A stretch of DNA of 64,000 bases, taken from contig NC_043011.1 in NCBI RefSeq assembly GCF_006345805.1, positions 42,854,464-42,918,463 of the forward strand, given 5' to 3'. The notes under the pieces were generated by a model, which saw only the letters and a list, made by a program, of their open reading frames with translations, did no database searches and had not been told where the DNA came from. Below, one piece after another: positions 12,597-27,674 of the stretch (positions are counted from its first letter, which is position 1; every line of letters starts with the position of its first letter). A program made the position numbers and the translations under genes. The DNA is from Octopus sinensis (taxonomy: Eukaryota).

Positions 12597-12999
12597 GAGG
12601 GTACGAGGCGGATGGATAGAGGGCTAAGGTAACGAGATGAAAAGAGAGAGAGAGAGAGAGAGAGAGAGGGGGAAATCAGTAAGAAAGAAGAAACATGGTA
12701 AAAGACACAGTTGAAATCTCGACACATACACACATGCATACATACATACACACATACATAGATAGATACATGTTCACACACTCACAATCACGAATCTTGC
12801 ACGCAACCAGATAACACTCGGTGAATAGCAGGACTTGCTTCCGTAAAACACCATCATTCATGATAAATCTGCTTTCAAATAAGATTTCATACTCACACAC
12901 ACAGAGGCACACACAAACACACATATAGAAACGCACACATGCACACATACATACACACACATACATACACACACACATACATACACAGAACTTTGGTAT

Positions 13000-13200
13000 T
13001 TCCTCGTTGACAATTTCTGCAGAGAGCAATGTTGTTTTTATGTCTTTGACACCAAGAAAGCTTTCGACCATATCTGGTATGTGGAACGTCCAAGTGAAAT
13101 ATATCACCCACAGGTCCTACCAATCTCTTTATATCTTAGATTAAACATTTCCTGTCAAACGGTTCCGACATTATTCTCTCCAGTCCACATTCCATTAACT
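13000..13200 (+). pseudogene. Decayed LINE reverse-transcriptase fragment
   Basis: Conceptual FDTKKAFDHIWY, FLSNGS and LSSPHSIN match LINE RT motifs (D..KAFD.VWH). Confidence 0.6.
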
Positions 13201-13759
13201 TGCCGAGAATGAATATCTTCTGACAGACCTAGAGGGAAATGGAAAACTAGATATTCACATTCTGTATTTTCTATAGAATAAAATATGTGCAACCGTAAAT
13301 ACGATCTCAACAGCAAAGTTATAAGAGCTGCCGACGTAATTTTACTGCATCCATCCATCTTTTGATGTAGACTTTGCCGATGATAAACATGTGGAACAGA
13401 TTTTCAGGACTGAAATGATATATCATGGTATTTTTGTTGATAGTGAGGTGGAGTGGGTCTTTTTCTAGATCTAACACGTAGGAGAAAAATACCTATCAGA
13501 GCATATCTTGGCGAACTCGGGTCCTTCTCGACCCATGCATGGTAGATACCCTGCTAACTCCTCCGTTATTAATTCTATCCCTACCCGTAAATGGGTGTTG
13601 GTTTGTTTGGACTAAACCAATCCATACCCGTCCCTTTCATATATACCCACAGCATCAGAAACTTAATAGGTATGGCTAAGTGGTAACAAAAAAACATAAC
13701 GTTTTATAAACACGTTGTTTTGGAGTTCAGATACATTGCACAGCGCCTTGAGCTAGTGT

Positions 13760-13970
13760 TTTCTTATTTCTTGATTGCCCACAAGGGGCTAAACAAGGAC
13801 AGACAAAGGGATTAAGTCGATAACATTGACCCCAGTGCGTAACTGGAACTTAATTTATCGACCCCGAAAGGATGAAAGGCAAAGTCGACCTCGGCTCAGA
13901 ACGTAAAGACAGACGAAATACCGCTAAGCATTTCGCCCGGTGTGCTCACGATGCTGCCAGCTCGCCGCCT
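13760..13970 (-). mobile_element. SINE family A, long-tail form
   Basis: Well-conserved copies also at 19981-20210 and 49985-50212. Confidence 0.9.
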
Positions 13971-14339
13971 TGAGCAAGTGTTTTCTACGATAGCCCCTCC
14001 TCCCATCCCACCAATACTTTGTGAGTGAATATGGTAGACGGAAACTGCGTGATTGCTTGTCACGTGTGCATGTGTGTGCGAGTGTATGTGTGTGCGTGTG
14101 TGTGTGTATACATATATATATTTCATGTCTCCTCTTTTTCTGTTTAATCTGTTCTGTCCGAGACACGTGGAATGGGGAGTATTGAAGTTACAGTGACGAA
14201 AGATTTCAGACAAAGGACACTAAAATAAGACTAAGAATAATAAAGCTTAAGTGAAGACCAAGTACATAGTGCTTGTGGTTAGCACAACAATATCTGTTTC
14301 AACACAAGATTTCCCGTCAAGAATCTTACAAAACAACGT

Positions 14340-14371
<32 letters not shown>

Positions 14372-14469
14372 GAGATGACATAGTAATAAACGTTTATCTT
14401 CTGAACTGCATTAGCTTCCAGCAGTTTCTGCGATAAGTTACAGTGGTTTCCTCATTGGCAATGCTTTTT

Positions 14470-14505
<36 letters not shown>

Positions 14506-15389
14506 TAAATGCAATTGCTTTTCCAAATATATTTCACTTCATATTCGACGCTCCGATGAAGATATAAGATGTTAGTCAGGCACTCAATAATACAACCAAG
14601 ATTGCATCTTAAATAGTATGCTTGTTCTATAATTTCAGAAAACATACAATAGCTGAATGTTTACTTCTATACAAGGCACAATTTTCTCAATTTTTGCGTT
14701 CTTCGCCCTATATTGCCACACTGTTGCGCTCATAATTGGAATGTAGCAACTGTACATGCACAAACAGATTTTATCAGAAAGACAGATCATTCAAGTCTTT
14801 CAGTTTTTGATTCTCTCTTTTGAACGAAACATTTTTTACATATTTTTATCGCAAGAACTGCCAACCTCTGAAACTCCTTCCTTTCCTGTGTTTTCTCATG
14901 GATTTAAATGTGTAAATGTTCGATGTGAACTTAATGGCCATAAATTAACCTTTCCTATCTGGGAGAATCTGAAGTCTTCCTCGGTCGGTGATTCTCAAAC
15001 GTTTTTGCTCCACCAGTGCCTTGTTCTATATCTCATATCTATCGCAGATAGCATTGCTCAGAAGAATAGACCACATTACATTAAAGGAGATAATAATATG
15101 AAGAAATAAAAAAATTGTAACAATAAATCCAACCCTCTTGTTAGGAATTTTTTCCTTCATAGACTTACCCAACATCCATGAAGAAGGCAGTAACCCGCAT
15201 TTTGAAATCACTACTGTAGACAATAAAGCACTTGAAAATAGAAGCTTCCCTTCACTTACTCACTAATTCTTCCTTAAATATAATTCTATAAATAATACAT
15301 CACTGTCATATTATATCTTCTCAATCGCTTTGTTATATCATTACTATAACGGCCTCTTCATTATCACGAAAGACACATATTCCCCGAAC

Positions 15390-15560
15390 TCAAAATCGCA
15401 GCTTGAATTTGACGGTAACAGAATATAATATGTTGATTATTTTTAAATTTCTAGAAATCATCGTTGATAAGAATATTAAATGAAGAAAAAAATCATATCG
15501 ATCTAACCTGCATGCTACTACCCGGTTTGGCTATCCTATCTAGCAAAGAAAATTATTTAC
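15390..15560 (+). pseudogene. Decayed LINE RT C-terminal fragment
   Basis: Conceptual FKFLEIIVDKNIK*R..HID resembles KFLGI.ID..L.W..HI. Confidence 0.45.
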
Positions 15561-17715
15561 GTAGACATCTGCTAGTAAACATATAACAGGTTCTTATTTA
15601 GATGTCATCCAAACTTTTATCAATTTTGTAGAGTTATTATTCATTCTTTTAAAGTCAAAATTCTCTCATTAAGAATACTGACAGTAGTTCTAAATAAAAA
15701 ATAAATTTCTTGGCATACTGATTCTCTATGAAATAATAATTTAGTTTTAAAGTTTTCAGACATATATATATATATACACACACTGCACAAATCAAATTTT
15801 GTCATAACTTTCGTTATGTTGCTCTGCTTCAATTTCTATTGGTTTTAGCATTGTCAGACAACTCTGATAGAACCAATTAAGTAAGTATTCGTCATGTCAA
15901 AAATGTCCAAATGTTCACAAGACTTCTAATAAACAAAACTCACTTGAAGAAAGATATCCCAAATATTTTCAAGCTATAAATAAAAAAAAAAAAACAGCGC
16001 ATCAATATGTACAATAAACATATTTCTCTTCAAAGCAGAAATTATCAATAATAATATAAGCATTCCCCGAGCTACAGAAACTCTTGTTAAGGAATTATCA
16101 AGTTACAGAAATTATGAAGTATAACAACTAATTTAGGAATACGGTCTATGGAAAGATGAATAAATTATTAATAAATTTTGAAAAACTAAAATTTCGAAAC
16201 TTGTTCTTTTCAAGCCTGGTCACTGCCTTAGACGTTCTGTCCTCTCCACCTTGATGCTTTATGCAGAAGAAAAACTCAACCATATTGCAAAAACTTAACT
16301 GGCAACAATGAAAATAATACCTGACAATGAAACGAAAATAAGGTCAGGCAGTTATTCTGTTAACTTTCCGGGTATTGTTTACTCATAAATCTAAAGGGAT
16401 GGTTAAAACAGAATGTCTCCTGATTCTTTGAATCGATGGTTAGACCAAAAGGGAATTTCCAGTCAACACAATGGTTAATCAAGCAAAAACCAAACATTTT
16501 TTTTACGATTTGCAGAATGTGGACTGTGCAAATTTCGATACAAAGTCCTTTCTTACTAGTTGAGACTAATTTGAAAGGTTTGAGAGGTATCTTAGTTTGT
16601 AAATCATTGAAAAGCCCGGTGAAGTTACCAGTGATGATTCAGAAGCTATTACTAATTAACCTTGCCATGAATAATTATTCTGGACAGGTGAAGAAAACTA
16701 TTACTGAAGGCGGTCATACACCAGAGCAAGCACACAACGTTTATCAAACTTGGTTTTTCTAGGGGTTCATATCTACCAAGGACTTTTATTTCTAGTGAGA
16801 AAAATTAGCCCCAACTATTGTATCACTTTAAAAATCCAAAGAATTTCAAAGATTATGCTAAGTTTTTTCTAACAGTGAATTTTCGTTCAAAAATAGGCTT
16901 GGCTGACAACGAGCCTTTTTCAAATATGGTTTACAAAAAGTTTTGCCCTGATGAAAGAAAAGTACAGGATCAAGCGTAATAATTCTCTCAATGCAGAGCT
17001 CCCGTAAGACAGTGTTTAAGCCACCCGATAAAATTGATAATTTCTGATAAGCGCACATCTTTGCTGCAGTTAATGGAAAGGAACAAGATATGATAGCTAA
17101 CATGAAAGCATATTATGTTAGAAGTTTCAAGCAACTCATTGAAGCAAGTGATTGCGTGGATAAACCAGCTGTTAAAAACTTCTGGAAAAATTCAACAGTA
17201 TGGATTCAGTGAATAACATAACCGAGTCAGTGGTGTTAGGATTAACAAGCAAACAAGTTGTATCTGGGACTTTATACATTTTCTAGTAGAAAATCCACAC
17301 CAATTTCAGCTAGGTGTGAGACTAGACACGAGCAGACATTTCTTCCAGATCTTTCAGATCAGAGTTCAAATTCCTCCGAAGCTCCATTTCAGTGTTGATA
17401 AAATAAAGTACCAGTCGAGTACTGAAAACGATTAGCCTGCTCCACTCAATATGGCTAGCCTTGTTCCAAAATGAGAAAGAATTATTATAATATAAGGTGT
17501 TCTGCTGGCAAAATTTAAGCGCATCTGACAAAATGCTTAGCTGCATTTCTTCCGGTTCTTTACGCTCTGAGTTCAAATCCCGCAGAGGGCAACTGCCTCT
17601 CATGTTTTCGGAGTCAATGATAAAAGAAAGTACCATTCAAGAAAAGAAGAGGAGTCAATGTGATCGGCCTTACCCGCCCCTCAAAATTGCTGGCTTTGTG
17701 CCAAAAGAATTATTA

Positions 17716-18938
17716 CACTGGTCAACAAAATAAACTTTTATTCTCTGGCATAAAATCTTAGAGATGTTTTGGACTAATTTTTGGGTCTCGATTCCAAAAC
17801 TGGCCTCAAATTTGCTCTATCACATCACATTTTTGTGCCATCGCTACATACATTTATTTACCTGGATCACACCGAAAGTTAACTTTACACCACTATTTGC
17901 GGAAATGATTTTGGCTGGATTTTGTCATGCTAATTTTGAGTAATATGTTCAAGCTGAGATTTGCTTTAAAATCCTTTCTCTTCTTTTCAGGTGTGAACAG
18001 AACCACTGGGAAAGACGTGCTGTAATGACTCCGATATCTTCTGCTACATCAGTGGAAACTTCACTCTACAGGCTCAAAGGCGCAACGTTAATAACTTCGT
18101 CAAGGAGGTATATTTTGCTTACTTTAAAATGGCACTTGGAGACCAGGATAAAACCTGGACTCCCCACAAAGTTTGCAAAACCTGTGTTGAAACTTGGTGT
18201 GATTAAGCAATTCATCAAAGCTTTTGATCACAGTGGAGACTGCTTCAGATATGTATGTACATCCTTTCCAAGTTTCAGTGCCGAGAAGAAAGCAGGCATA
18301 TTTCATGAACCTCAAATAAAAACGCTTCTCAGAGATCCATTTTTGTTACAACAATGAGGCAGCTAAGGCTAGAGGTCAGAATGACTTCTGTGATATGGTG
18401 CGGAATTTCCTTGGGAACACGAAAGGTGAAAACTATCAATAGATTGTGAAGGGATTGCTCTTGAGTTTGAAAGCACTTGTATGTAGAATGAATATCAAAT
18501 TGCACTACTTACACGGTCACGTGGGTGAGTTTCCAGTGAACCTGGTTGATGTCAGCAAAGAAAAAGGTGAACACTTTTATCATAATGTAAAAGTAATTGA
18601 AGAACGCTACCAAAGCCGATGGAACTGAAACATGTTGGCGGATTAGTGCTGGAGCTTGATGAGAGACATTCCAGAAGCTGTGCACAAGGGATCGTCAAAA
18701 CAGAGCAAGTTCTCGCAGTAATATGATGATCAGAATGAATAACCTCAAATTTTTATATCACATATGTGATATTCTTCCTTTGTGAGCATTAAATTACTGT
18801 TTCTAGCAAAACTAAAATATTTTATAACTCAAAAATCTGACGTAATAGACAAAATCTGGTGCCAGATTTGGATTGAGCACCCCCGAATTAGCTAAAAGCC
18901 CTTGATAAACCATGTGCCAGATAATATGTTAATCAGTG
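17716..18938 (+). mobile_element. Chapaev3-like (CMC) DNA transposon, internally deleted
   Basis: CACTG...CAGTG ends, TTA TSD (17713-15, 18939-41); transposase pieces DIFCYI, LGDQDKTWTPHKVCKTC, LHYLHGH..EFP.NL..VS.E.GE.F....EERYQ.RW; family name from recalled motifs. Confidence 0.75.
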
Positions 18939-19114
18939 TTATTATTTTGGGGGCCGTTGATGTCTTGCCGCCTAATTTGGCTTCGTCACCGACCCTCTCG
19001 TTCAGCAACCACTAAAAATATTATCAGTTTGCTATAAATCGACCATCATCTGTTCATTATCATTAGTGTTATGATTTTCTTAATGCTGCAGATAAGAAGC
19101 CGATACTTCAAATG

Positions 19115-19340
19115 ACATTAATATCACTTCAAATCTAATAACATATTAACCGTCTAATACACAGTTCACTTCTAATTATACATTATCAGTTCACGTCTAA
19201 TAACACATTATCAGTTCACTTTTAATAGCACATTATCAGTTCACTTTTAATAGCATATTATCAGTCTTAAATACATTATCAATACTCTTCAATAACACAT
19301 TAACAATATAATACAAATTTTCAGTCTACTAACACATTAG
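19115..19340 (+). repeat. Degenerate ~25-bp minisatellite
   Basis: Repeated acacattatcagttcac.t.taata units. Confidence 0.8.
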
Positions 19341-21204
19341 GCTAATAAACAGCCTAATAATGTGTTATTAGAATATTGATTATATGATATGGGAATATTG
19401 ATTTCATATTTTGACACAAGGCGAGCATTTTGCCTCCGTCGTGCTAACGATTCTGCCAGCTCTCCGCCCTGCCACTACTATTGATTTTGGTACAAAGCCA
19501 GCAAGTTAGGGAAGGGAATAAGTCTATTATATCGGCCCCAGCGTTCAGATGATTCTTATTTTATCGACCCCGAAAGGATGAAAAGCAAAATCAATTTCGG
19601 CGGAATTTGAACTCAAAACATAAAGAAGGACGAAATGCCGTTTAAGCATTTTGCCCAGTGTGCTAACCATTTGGCCAGCAGGCCGCTTTATTTACTACTA
19701 TTAATATTGGTTTCAAATTTTGGCACAATGCGAGCAATTTCAGGGATTACATCGACCCCTATGACCAAGTGCTACTTATGTTATCAACCCCGAAAGGATG
19801 AAAGGAAATGTCGCCCTCGGCGGAATTTGAACTCAGAACGTAAAGTCGGACGCTATTATTAACCCTATTAACCGTTTACAGCTACTATTACAACTATTAG
19901 CAGTATGCTTCCACTATTTCTCTTATTCTTTGTCTAATGCCACTATTACCTCCATTATCATTCTACTGCTAATATAACCTATTTCTTTATTACCCACAAG
20001 GGTCTAAACACAGAGGGGACAAACAAGGACAGACATAGGTATTAAGTCGATTACATCAACCCCAGTGCGTAACTGGTACTTAATTTATCGACCCCGAAAG
20101 GATGAAAGGCAAAGTCGACCTCGGCGGAATTTGAACTCACAACGTAACGCAGACGAAATACCGCTAAGCATTTCGCCCGGCGTGCTAACGTTTCTGCCAG
20201 CTCGCCGCCTACTGCTAATATAACCATTATTTTCAGTCCCGTACTATTGTTAACCCAACTATGAGTCCACTGTCAACAGGCCGTTCTCTAGCTCATTAGT
20301 TCTCGATAACTAATATCATACAAGCAACTGTCAGTTTAGTTGTGATCATTATTACATCTTTGAATATACGACAATTGTATCCCTCTGAGAAAGGCTAACC
20401 CCACAGCAGCATGTAAGGCTCCACTAACTTTTCTTATTTAGCTTCTTGTTCGACGATGTCTAAGTGTTGATCTTATCCGATAGCAATTTGCCATGAGATA
20501 TTGACATGTCTATTCTATCCTATTCCTTCTTTCTTCTCTTTCTTTTTATACTCTACACTCGATCGATAAAACATTATCAAAGACGCCACACCGGTACGGA
20601 TTAATTTTTGTAACGAAATATAAGGACTGAAGCATAATATCGTGATTGTAAAATGAAATGTTATTGGAGAAAATATCAAAGCAGCAATTGGGAAATATTG
20701 TATCGTGGAAACAAAAGAGGAAGAGTGGGAGAGAAAGAGAAATGCGTAAGAGTGGCGGGGGAAGGAGAAGGCGAGAGGGAGGAGAGTAGAAGGGGAGGGA
20801 ACAGGAGATGGAAGAGGCTGAGAAGGAAAAGAAGAATGGGAACAATATGAAAAAAAAATTATAGAAAGAAGAAAGAGATTGTCTTTGGTTTCCGTGGTTT
20901 TTTAGAACGAAAAATATATTGATTTATTTGTTTTCATTTGCAAAGACATGAAAAGCATTTGTCTTCGACTTGAGTTGAACATAACCAACTAAACTGTATA
21001 AGACAGAATTATTTATCACCACCACTGTAACCACCAACACCATCATCAAGAGCATGTTAGTGATCATGATTGTTTCTTCTTCTTCTTCTTCTTCTTCTTC
21101 TTCTTCTTCTTCTTCTTCTTCTTCTTCTTCTTCTTCTTCTCTTCTTCTTCTTCTTCTTCTTCATCATCATCACCACCAACACCACCACCACCACCACCAC
21201 CACC

Positions 21205-21238
<34 letters not shown>

Positions 21239-21275
21239 CAACCTTCTTCGTCTGTGTTAGTTATGATTACAGAAG

Positions 21276-21307
<32 letters not shown>

Positions 21308-22387
21308 AGGCATGTATATACATGTATGTATACATATATGTATACATATATGTATAATATATGTATGTATGTATGTATCTATTTATCTATTTATCTCTCT
21401 CCCTCTTTTTCTATAAACACACACACGCACACACATACTAAATATTAAGTAGAGATGCTCAATATAGAACCCATGTAGCAATGCTCAAATGATTTAAATT
21501 TGCAATCCAAAGTCTTGACCGAGGACTACGCATGTTCTATACTGAACATCCCTGGATCTCACCTGTTGACTTTACACCCTCAGTTTGGCCGTGCGCTAAT
21601 GATAGATAATATGAGCAGCCATGTTATTTATCTGTTCAGGAAAACTTTGATCGTTTCAAAGATTTCAGCATAACTGCCATCTCTATCTAAATTCGACATC
21701 TTAGGCATACTCTTAGGCCTTAAGATAGGCAAACACTACTCATATAGTAAGCTCCCAAAAGGAAAAACAGCGTACGTGTATAGATAGTCTAACCATCCCA
21801 TAGCTATTACTTGATGTTTATAATCAGATAGAGGTATATTCAAAAGTACCGCAATCTATTACAAAGTGATACCACTTCCACGTCAAACTCCGACGTGAGT
21901 TAGAATGATAAATATAATACGAAGTCTGCAAATATAGCAAGAAGATTCTTGTTGCTAATAAGATAGCACTTCCCAAAGACGTGAAAATCCACAAACTGCT
22001 TTATAACATTACAGTTTGGCACGCCTGTAGATAACATCACTTCTAACATAGCAAGCGACTAGAGAAAAACACGCACATACACAGAACTCCAGCCTATAAC
22101 TTCCACCAAATGTCAGTCAGATGGATCTTGCTCCTCAACCACTGAAGTCTACAGAGTCCCTTCATAGCATCAGATTGTATCACGAGAAATTATATGAGCT
22201 TAAGTGTAAAAGGAGGTTGTATATTTCATATACATGATTTTCTCTTTTTTCACTTCAACCTTATGATCCCTTGCGCCTGGCAAAATAGGTGTATAAATTT
22301 ACATTCGTAAAACTTGAAGAAACACGAGCCTGTGTCATCTCTTCGAATCTTCCCCATCCAGTTTAGAACATTTGTTTTTGCCAGCGA

Positions 22388-22474
<87 letters not shown>

Positions 22475-22611
22475 ATATATCTATCTATCTATCTATCTAT
22501 CTATGTGTCTATCTGTTTGTCTGTCTGTCTGTTTATTTGTCTGTATACACACATATATACATACATAGAATCATACATACATAGAATCATACATACACAG
22601 ATATAAACACA

Positions 22612-22851
22612 CAGGGTTCGCCAAAAGTCACCCGATAGTAAATCAAAATTCCATAAATACTTAATATTCAATTTTATTTATTCATTCCAATTATGAAGGC
22701 TTAATAATTGAATGCTGTGAGTTAAAATCACAGTTATTTCTTTTTCCAACATTTGTCTATTTATTAGCGAAGTCTCATAAAATAAGTTTTTGTTTTAATC
22801 TTGGCGTTTCATGTTTTTGACTTACTCTCATGTGACTTTTGGTTAACCCTG
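22612..22851. mobile_element. Tc1/mariner-type MITE, 240 bp
   Basis: TIRs cagggttcgccaaaagtcac / gtgacttttggttaaccctg, TA on the right. Confidence 0.8.
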
Positions 22852-23014
22852 TATATATACGTATATCTGAACCTTAAGTTAGTTGAAATATGTTTGTCAC
22901 ATATCTTAACTTACAAAGGCAAATTCACTGCAGTTTACCGCGGAGAAAATAAAAATTCTCACTTATGGTAACAAGTGTTAAGAAAACTACTTTTCTTGTC
23001 TCCCCTAGCGGATA

Positions 23015-23052
23015 CCTAGATGCGTTTCTAGTCCTTAACCTTCATCAGTAGG
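23015..23052 (-). ncRNA. Minimal type I hammerhead, canonical core
   Basis: Minus strand CCUA-CUGAUGA-A-GGUU aag GACU-A-GAAA-CGCAUC-UAGG; helix I 4 bp; helix III ACGCAU is one transition from palindromic ACGCGU. Confidence 0.7.
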
Positions 23053-23481
23053 AAATAACGAAGAGATTATAAAGATTATAAACTCGCAACTTTATCTTGG
23101 AACAAAGAATATTAATGACTGACTCATTAATTAATATTAGTGATGGCGGTGAGCTGGTAGAATCGTTAGCACCGGGCAAAATACGTCTTTCTTTACGTTC
23201 TAAGTTCAAATTCCGCCGAGATCGACTTTGCCCTTCATCCTTTCTAAGTAGCAGTTAGACGTTGGGGTCGATGTAATCGACTTACCCCCTCCTCCGAAAT
23301 TGCGAGCTTTGTACCAAAATTTCAAATCAACATCACTGACAAACTTACGGTCGCAGACCGCTTGGACACTGAGCAGATAAGGGTTTTTGTTTTTACATAT
23401 TTTACCATAAGTATTTCACCACCACGTTTAACTGTAGAGAATTTGCTTTCAGAACATTGCTACTACTGTACAGAGACATAT

Positions 23482-23562
<81 letters not shown>

Positions 23563-25460
23563 TGTGTACATGATGTGCTTCTGTACAGGTACAGTGATAG
23601 AACATGGCACCATACAGTCGCGAAACAAACTTTTATACTAAACAGCGAAGCTTATTTCAATATGCTTGATAAAACAAATCAAGAGATTGTGTGTCAATGC
23701 GTCCACGAGGATAAATACGTCTCGGAGAATCTTTTCATCAAGCGACTGGATACTTCCTATTCAAACGACAATTGTAACAGTATTAGCATTAGCAGAAGGA
23801 GTGACGGCAACGACGGCAGCTACTTCTTTTTGTCACACCGTTACAACTCTGACTACTTGGCCATTGAACTAATCAATGTCAGCACGGCCTAGTGGTATGC
23901 CAATCGTTTATCTATTAAGTAATCAAATTCAATAACATTTGAGTAACGGAATTCACCTGGAATAAGAAATTTGGGAAAGCAACAAAATCAACATTTAACT
24001 TTGAACCAACGAATACGTAATTTCCAATATACTCTCTTTTACTCTTTACTCTTTTACTTGTTTCAGTCATTTGACTGCGGCCATGCTGGAGCACCACATT
24101 TAATCGAGCAACTCGACCCCGGGACTTATTCTTTTGTAAGCTCAGTACTTATTCTATCGGTCTCTTTTGCCGAACCGCTAAGTGACGGGGACATAAACAC
24201 ACCAGCATCAATTGTCAAGCAATGCTACGGGGACAAACACAGACACACAAACACACACATACATATACATATATACATATATACGACAGGCTTCTTTCAG
24301 TTTCCGTCTACCAAATCCACTCACAAGGCTTTGGTCGGCCCGAGGCTATAGTAGAAGACACTTGCCCAGGGTGCCGCGCAGTGGGACTGAACCCGGAACC
24401 ATGTGGTTGGTAGGCAAGCTACTTACCACACAGCCACTCCTGCGCCTATATATATTTATATTACGTGACCTTATTCTTTTTTCTCCCTCACACAACCCGG
24501 TACAGTTTTTATATCTTAACTACTTGTAATTAAAATATTATTTTATATTTTGATTATTTTCAATTAAACTACGGCCATGCTGGAGCAGCAATTTGAAACG
24601 TTTAGTCAAACAAATCGAACTCAGAAGATTTTTCATTTTTTAAAATTCTAGTACTTATTCCATCGTATCTTTTGCTGAACCGCTGCGTTATGGGGACGTA
24701 AATTAGCCAACATCTTTTGTCAAGCGGAGTGGGGGGAAATTACAGCCTCCATTCTATGATGTTTGAACTAAGGGTAGGCAAAGTTAACTAAAATATGATT
24801 AATTATTTGTATTAATAATACCAAGGTACGCTAGGTTACCTAAATATAATTCATGAATACTATTATTAGTAATTAATTTCTACATCGAAGGGTTATAGAT
24901 ACATACATATCCAGCGCTCAGGGGAGGTTTTACAGAATTAGTTTAAATTAAAAGAAATTTCTACAGCATTTGATCCTTAATTCATCCGATCTATTAGTAA
25001 CATACGAGCATTTTACGATTTCTGACGATTCCAGACTGCAGAGATTTCAACCATATCTATCAATCTATCTCTAACAGTAGTCTTTGTGTGTATGATGATC
25101 TTGCACATTTGATGAAAATGCGCATTTATTTTAACCGAAAACTGCAACTTTTGGATGATCTTGGTGGAATAAATGAGTGTGTTATGTCGCACGTTCGGAT
25201 GACCTCTACTCAACTCCACTCTCTACTGCTCCTGACGTCTAGACTTCTCCCTCTATATCTACGTATTGGGCTAGTCTACTTCATCGTCTTGGGGCGTCCA
25301 CACAACAGAGTGGAACTCAATGGATGATGCTAATTATAAAAGTAATGTCGCAAAAAGCATTTGTTACGATCTAGAAAGTAAGAGATGGACGGAAGATGGA
25401 ATCACTATACCCAAACCTTAAATTAGTTGCCTGCCTTTACAAAACCAAAACAACATTCCT

Positions 25461-25796
25461 CGTAGCTCAGTTAAAGTTTGTGGGTCAATATTGTATGCAC
25501 CAGTCCATTTGAGTCCTCATATTTTTCATGTCTATTTACTTGATGTTAACGTATTTAAATGGAGTAAGCTTCCCAACATACTGAGTCCATATGTGTCTGA
25601 TACGACTGTCTACCCAGTTTGTACCACACGTAGCTCAGTTAAAGTTTGTGGGTCAATATTGTATGCACCAGTCCATTTGAGTCCTCATATTTTTCACGTC
25701 TGTTTGCTTGATGTTAACGTATTTAAATGGAGTAAGCTTCCCAACATCCTGAGTCCATGTGTGTCTGATACGACTGTTTACCCAGTTTATACCACA
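25461..25796 (+). repeat. 168-bp tandem duplication inside a decayed CR1-like 3' fragment
   Basis: Units 25461-25628 and 25629-25796; YAPVHLSPH and downstream FTNSIVEKW resemble CR1 C-terminal motifs. Confidence 0.85.
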
Positions 25797-26848
25797 CGAC
25801 CACTGAGCCGGTTGTTTAAAGGAGAACACAGTCCAAAACAATTGGAAACTTCTGGGTTTCTCTTCACGAATTCGATAGTAGAAAAATGGAAGGGCATTAA
25901 AGCTAGCTGATTGATATTTCAATCCCTATCCCTTAGTTAAGCTTCAATACTGTTGCCAGAATATTATATATATATATATATATTTTTTTGAAAATGATTT
26001 CAGCAGAATACGAAAGAAATCTGATGGTTTGTCTTTCTTTAAATTTTCGTCATTTGTGACTTTCTTGCTCCTGAAGATATCTGGAGGAAAAATGCAAAAT
26101 GCACCGACAAGTAATAATTTAAGACTCGTTTTTTTAATATTCTTCAAAAGTAATGTTATTGATTAGAAGGAAGCTTTTAAAGAATTCTGACCAATAATTT
26201 CATAAGATTAATTTATGAAAACTTTTCATTACAAAATCTTAATCTTTTCGAACGTTTTCTCCAGTAAATTTGAAATTTTTGCTGCTCACATTTCGATGCC
26301 ATATCATCAACACTAATCAATTCTGATTACTGGAATTGAAAACAATGGAAGACATACTAGTTTATGTAAATTTATTGTCACCATGAAGAGGTAATTTGTT
26401 TTTCTTGAAAATATTTTGACACCACTTCAGACATTTTCAGGAGTTTCTTTTTTAAAAATAATGTTATTGCACCAGGACTTGCCAAGTCCATTGTTTGCAA
26501 TTTTTAAACTTGTCAAATACTTTACTTTTTCTTTTTTCTTTTTTTTCTTTTTTACACTTTAAAATTTACTCTTTCAGCACATTTTATTGTATAATAATGA
26601 TAATAATAATGAGTATTTTGATTTTTCCTTTGAATTTGCACTTTTTTGTATATTTCCATTTAAAAAGTTTGGTTGTTAATTCAATTTTATCCATAAAATT
26701 TCTTTTCTCACCACCAAACATTTGGAACCAAGATCCACTCAAGACTTTTAATTTGTGACATTTTCATGTTTTGTGAGAAAATTTTCATCCATGCCTGAAG
26801 AATGTACACCGCCAGGTAAAACTCGGTGTAGCGAGACAGATTACAATA

Positions 26849-27022
<174 letters not shown>

Positions 27023-27674
27023 TTATCTACCTACCTACCTACCTACCTACCTGTCTGTCTGTCTCTCTGTCTGTATGTCTGTCTGTCTGTCTGTCTGTCT
27101 GTCTGCATGTATGTCTGTATGTATGTATATGGACGGGATGGATGGATGGAACCTCAAACTCCACACCGCATTTCCACTAGTCACATCCTCAATACAATGA
27201 AACCTATGTAACAAATATTTCATTCTGTCTCTTACACCGACCATCTCTCTGGAACAATGAAACAGAAAATTAAGGCGAGAAAGAAACAAAGTGTTGTTTA
27301 TTGACAAAAGCAGATACGATTAGAACTGCTCGCTGTATAGCAGCCTACAGTATTTCCGCTGCATAAGATGACGGCAATGTGTGTTTCCCTCATGTAAGAA
27401 TGATGTAATTTGGGTCGCGATCTAAACAAGCTGCTAGAAATATACACCAAATCTAAATCAGGTCATACCCATGTATCATGTATAAAGGATACAACGAGCA
27501 ATGTAATAACTAGTCTGATAATATGGGATGATCAAGGCTACAATGTGTTTTATTAAATGCATGCCACATAAGAGTTAAATAACATCGGTGACTTTGAACT
27601 TATGATAGGGGACCTGTGCGAAGTTGCTCAACCTGCTAAGACTAGTAGCGAAATTTCCCTCAGGACCATACCTT

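Noticed and set aside
17965-18000. Host-gene splice acceptor
   Set aside because: Lies inside the Chapaev3-like element, just before its transposase remnant
23362-23892. 176-aa ORF
   Set aside because: Spans a (TG)n tract; no recognisable domain or convincing splice context
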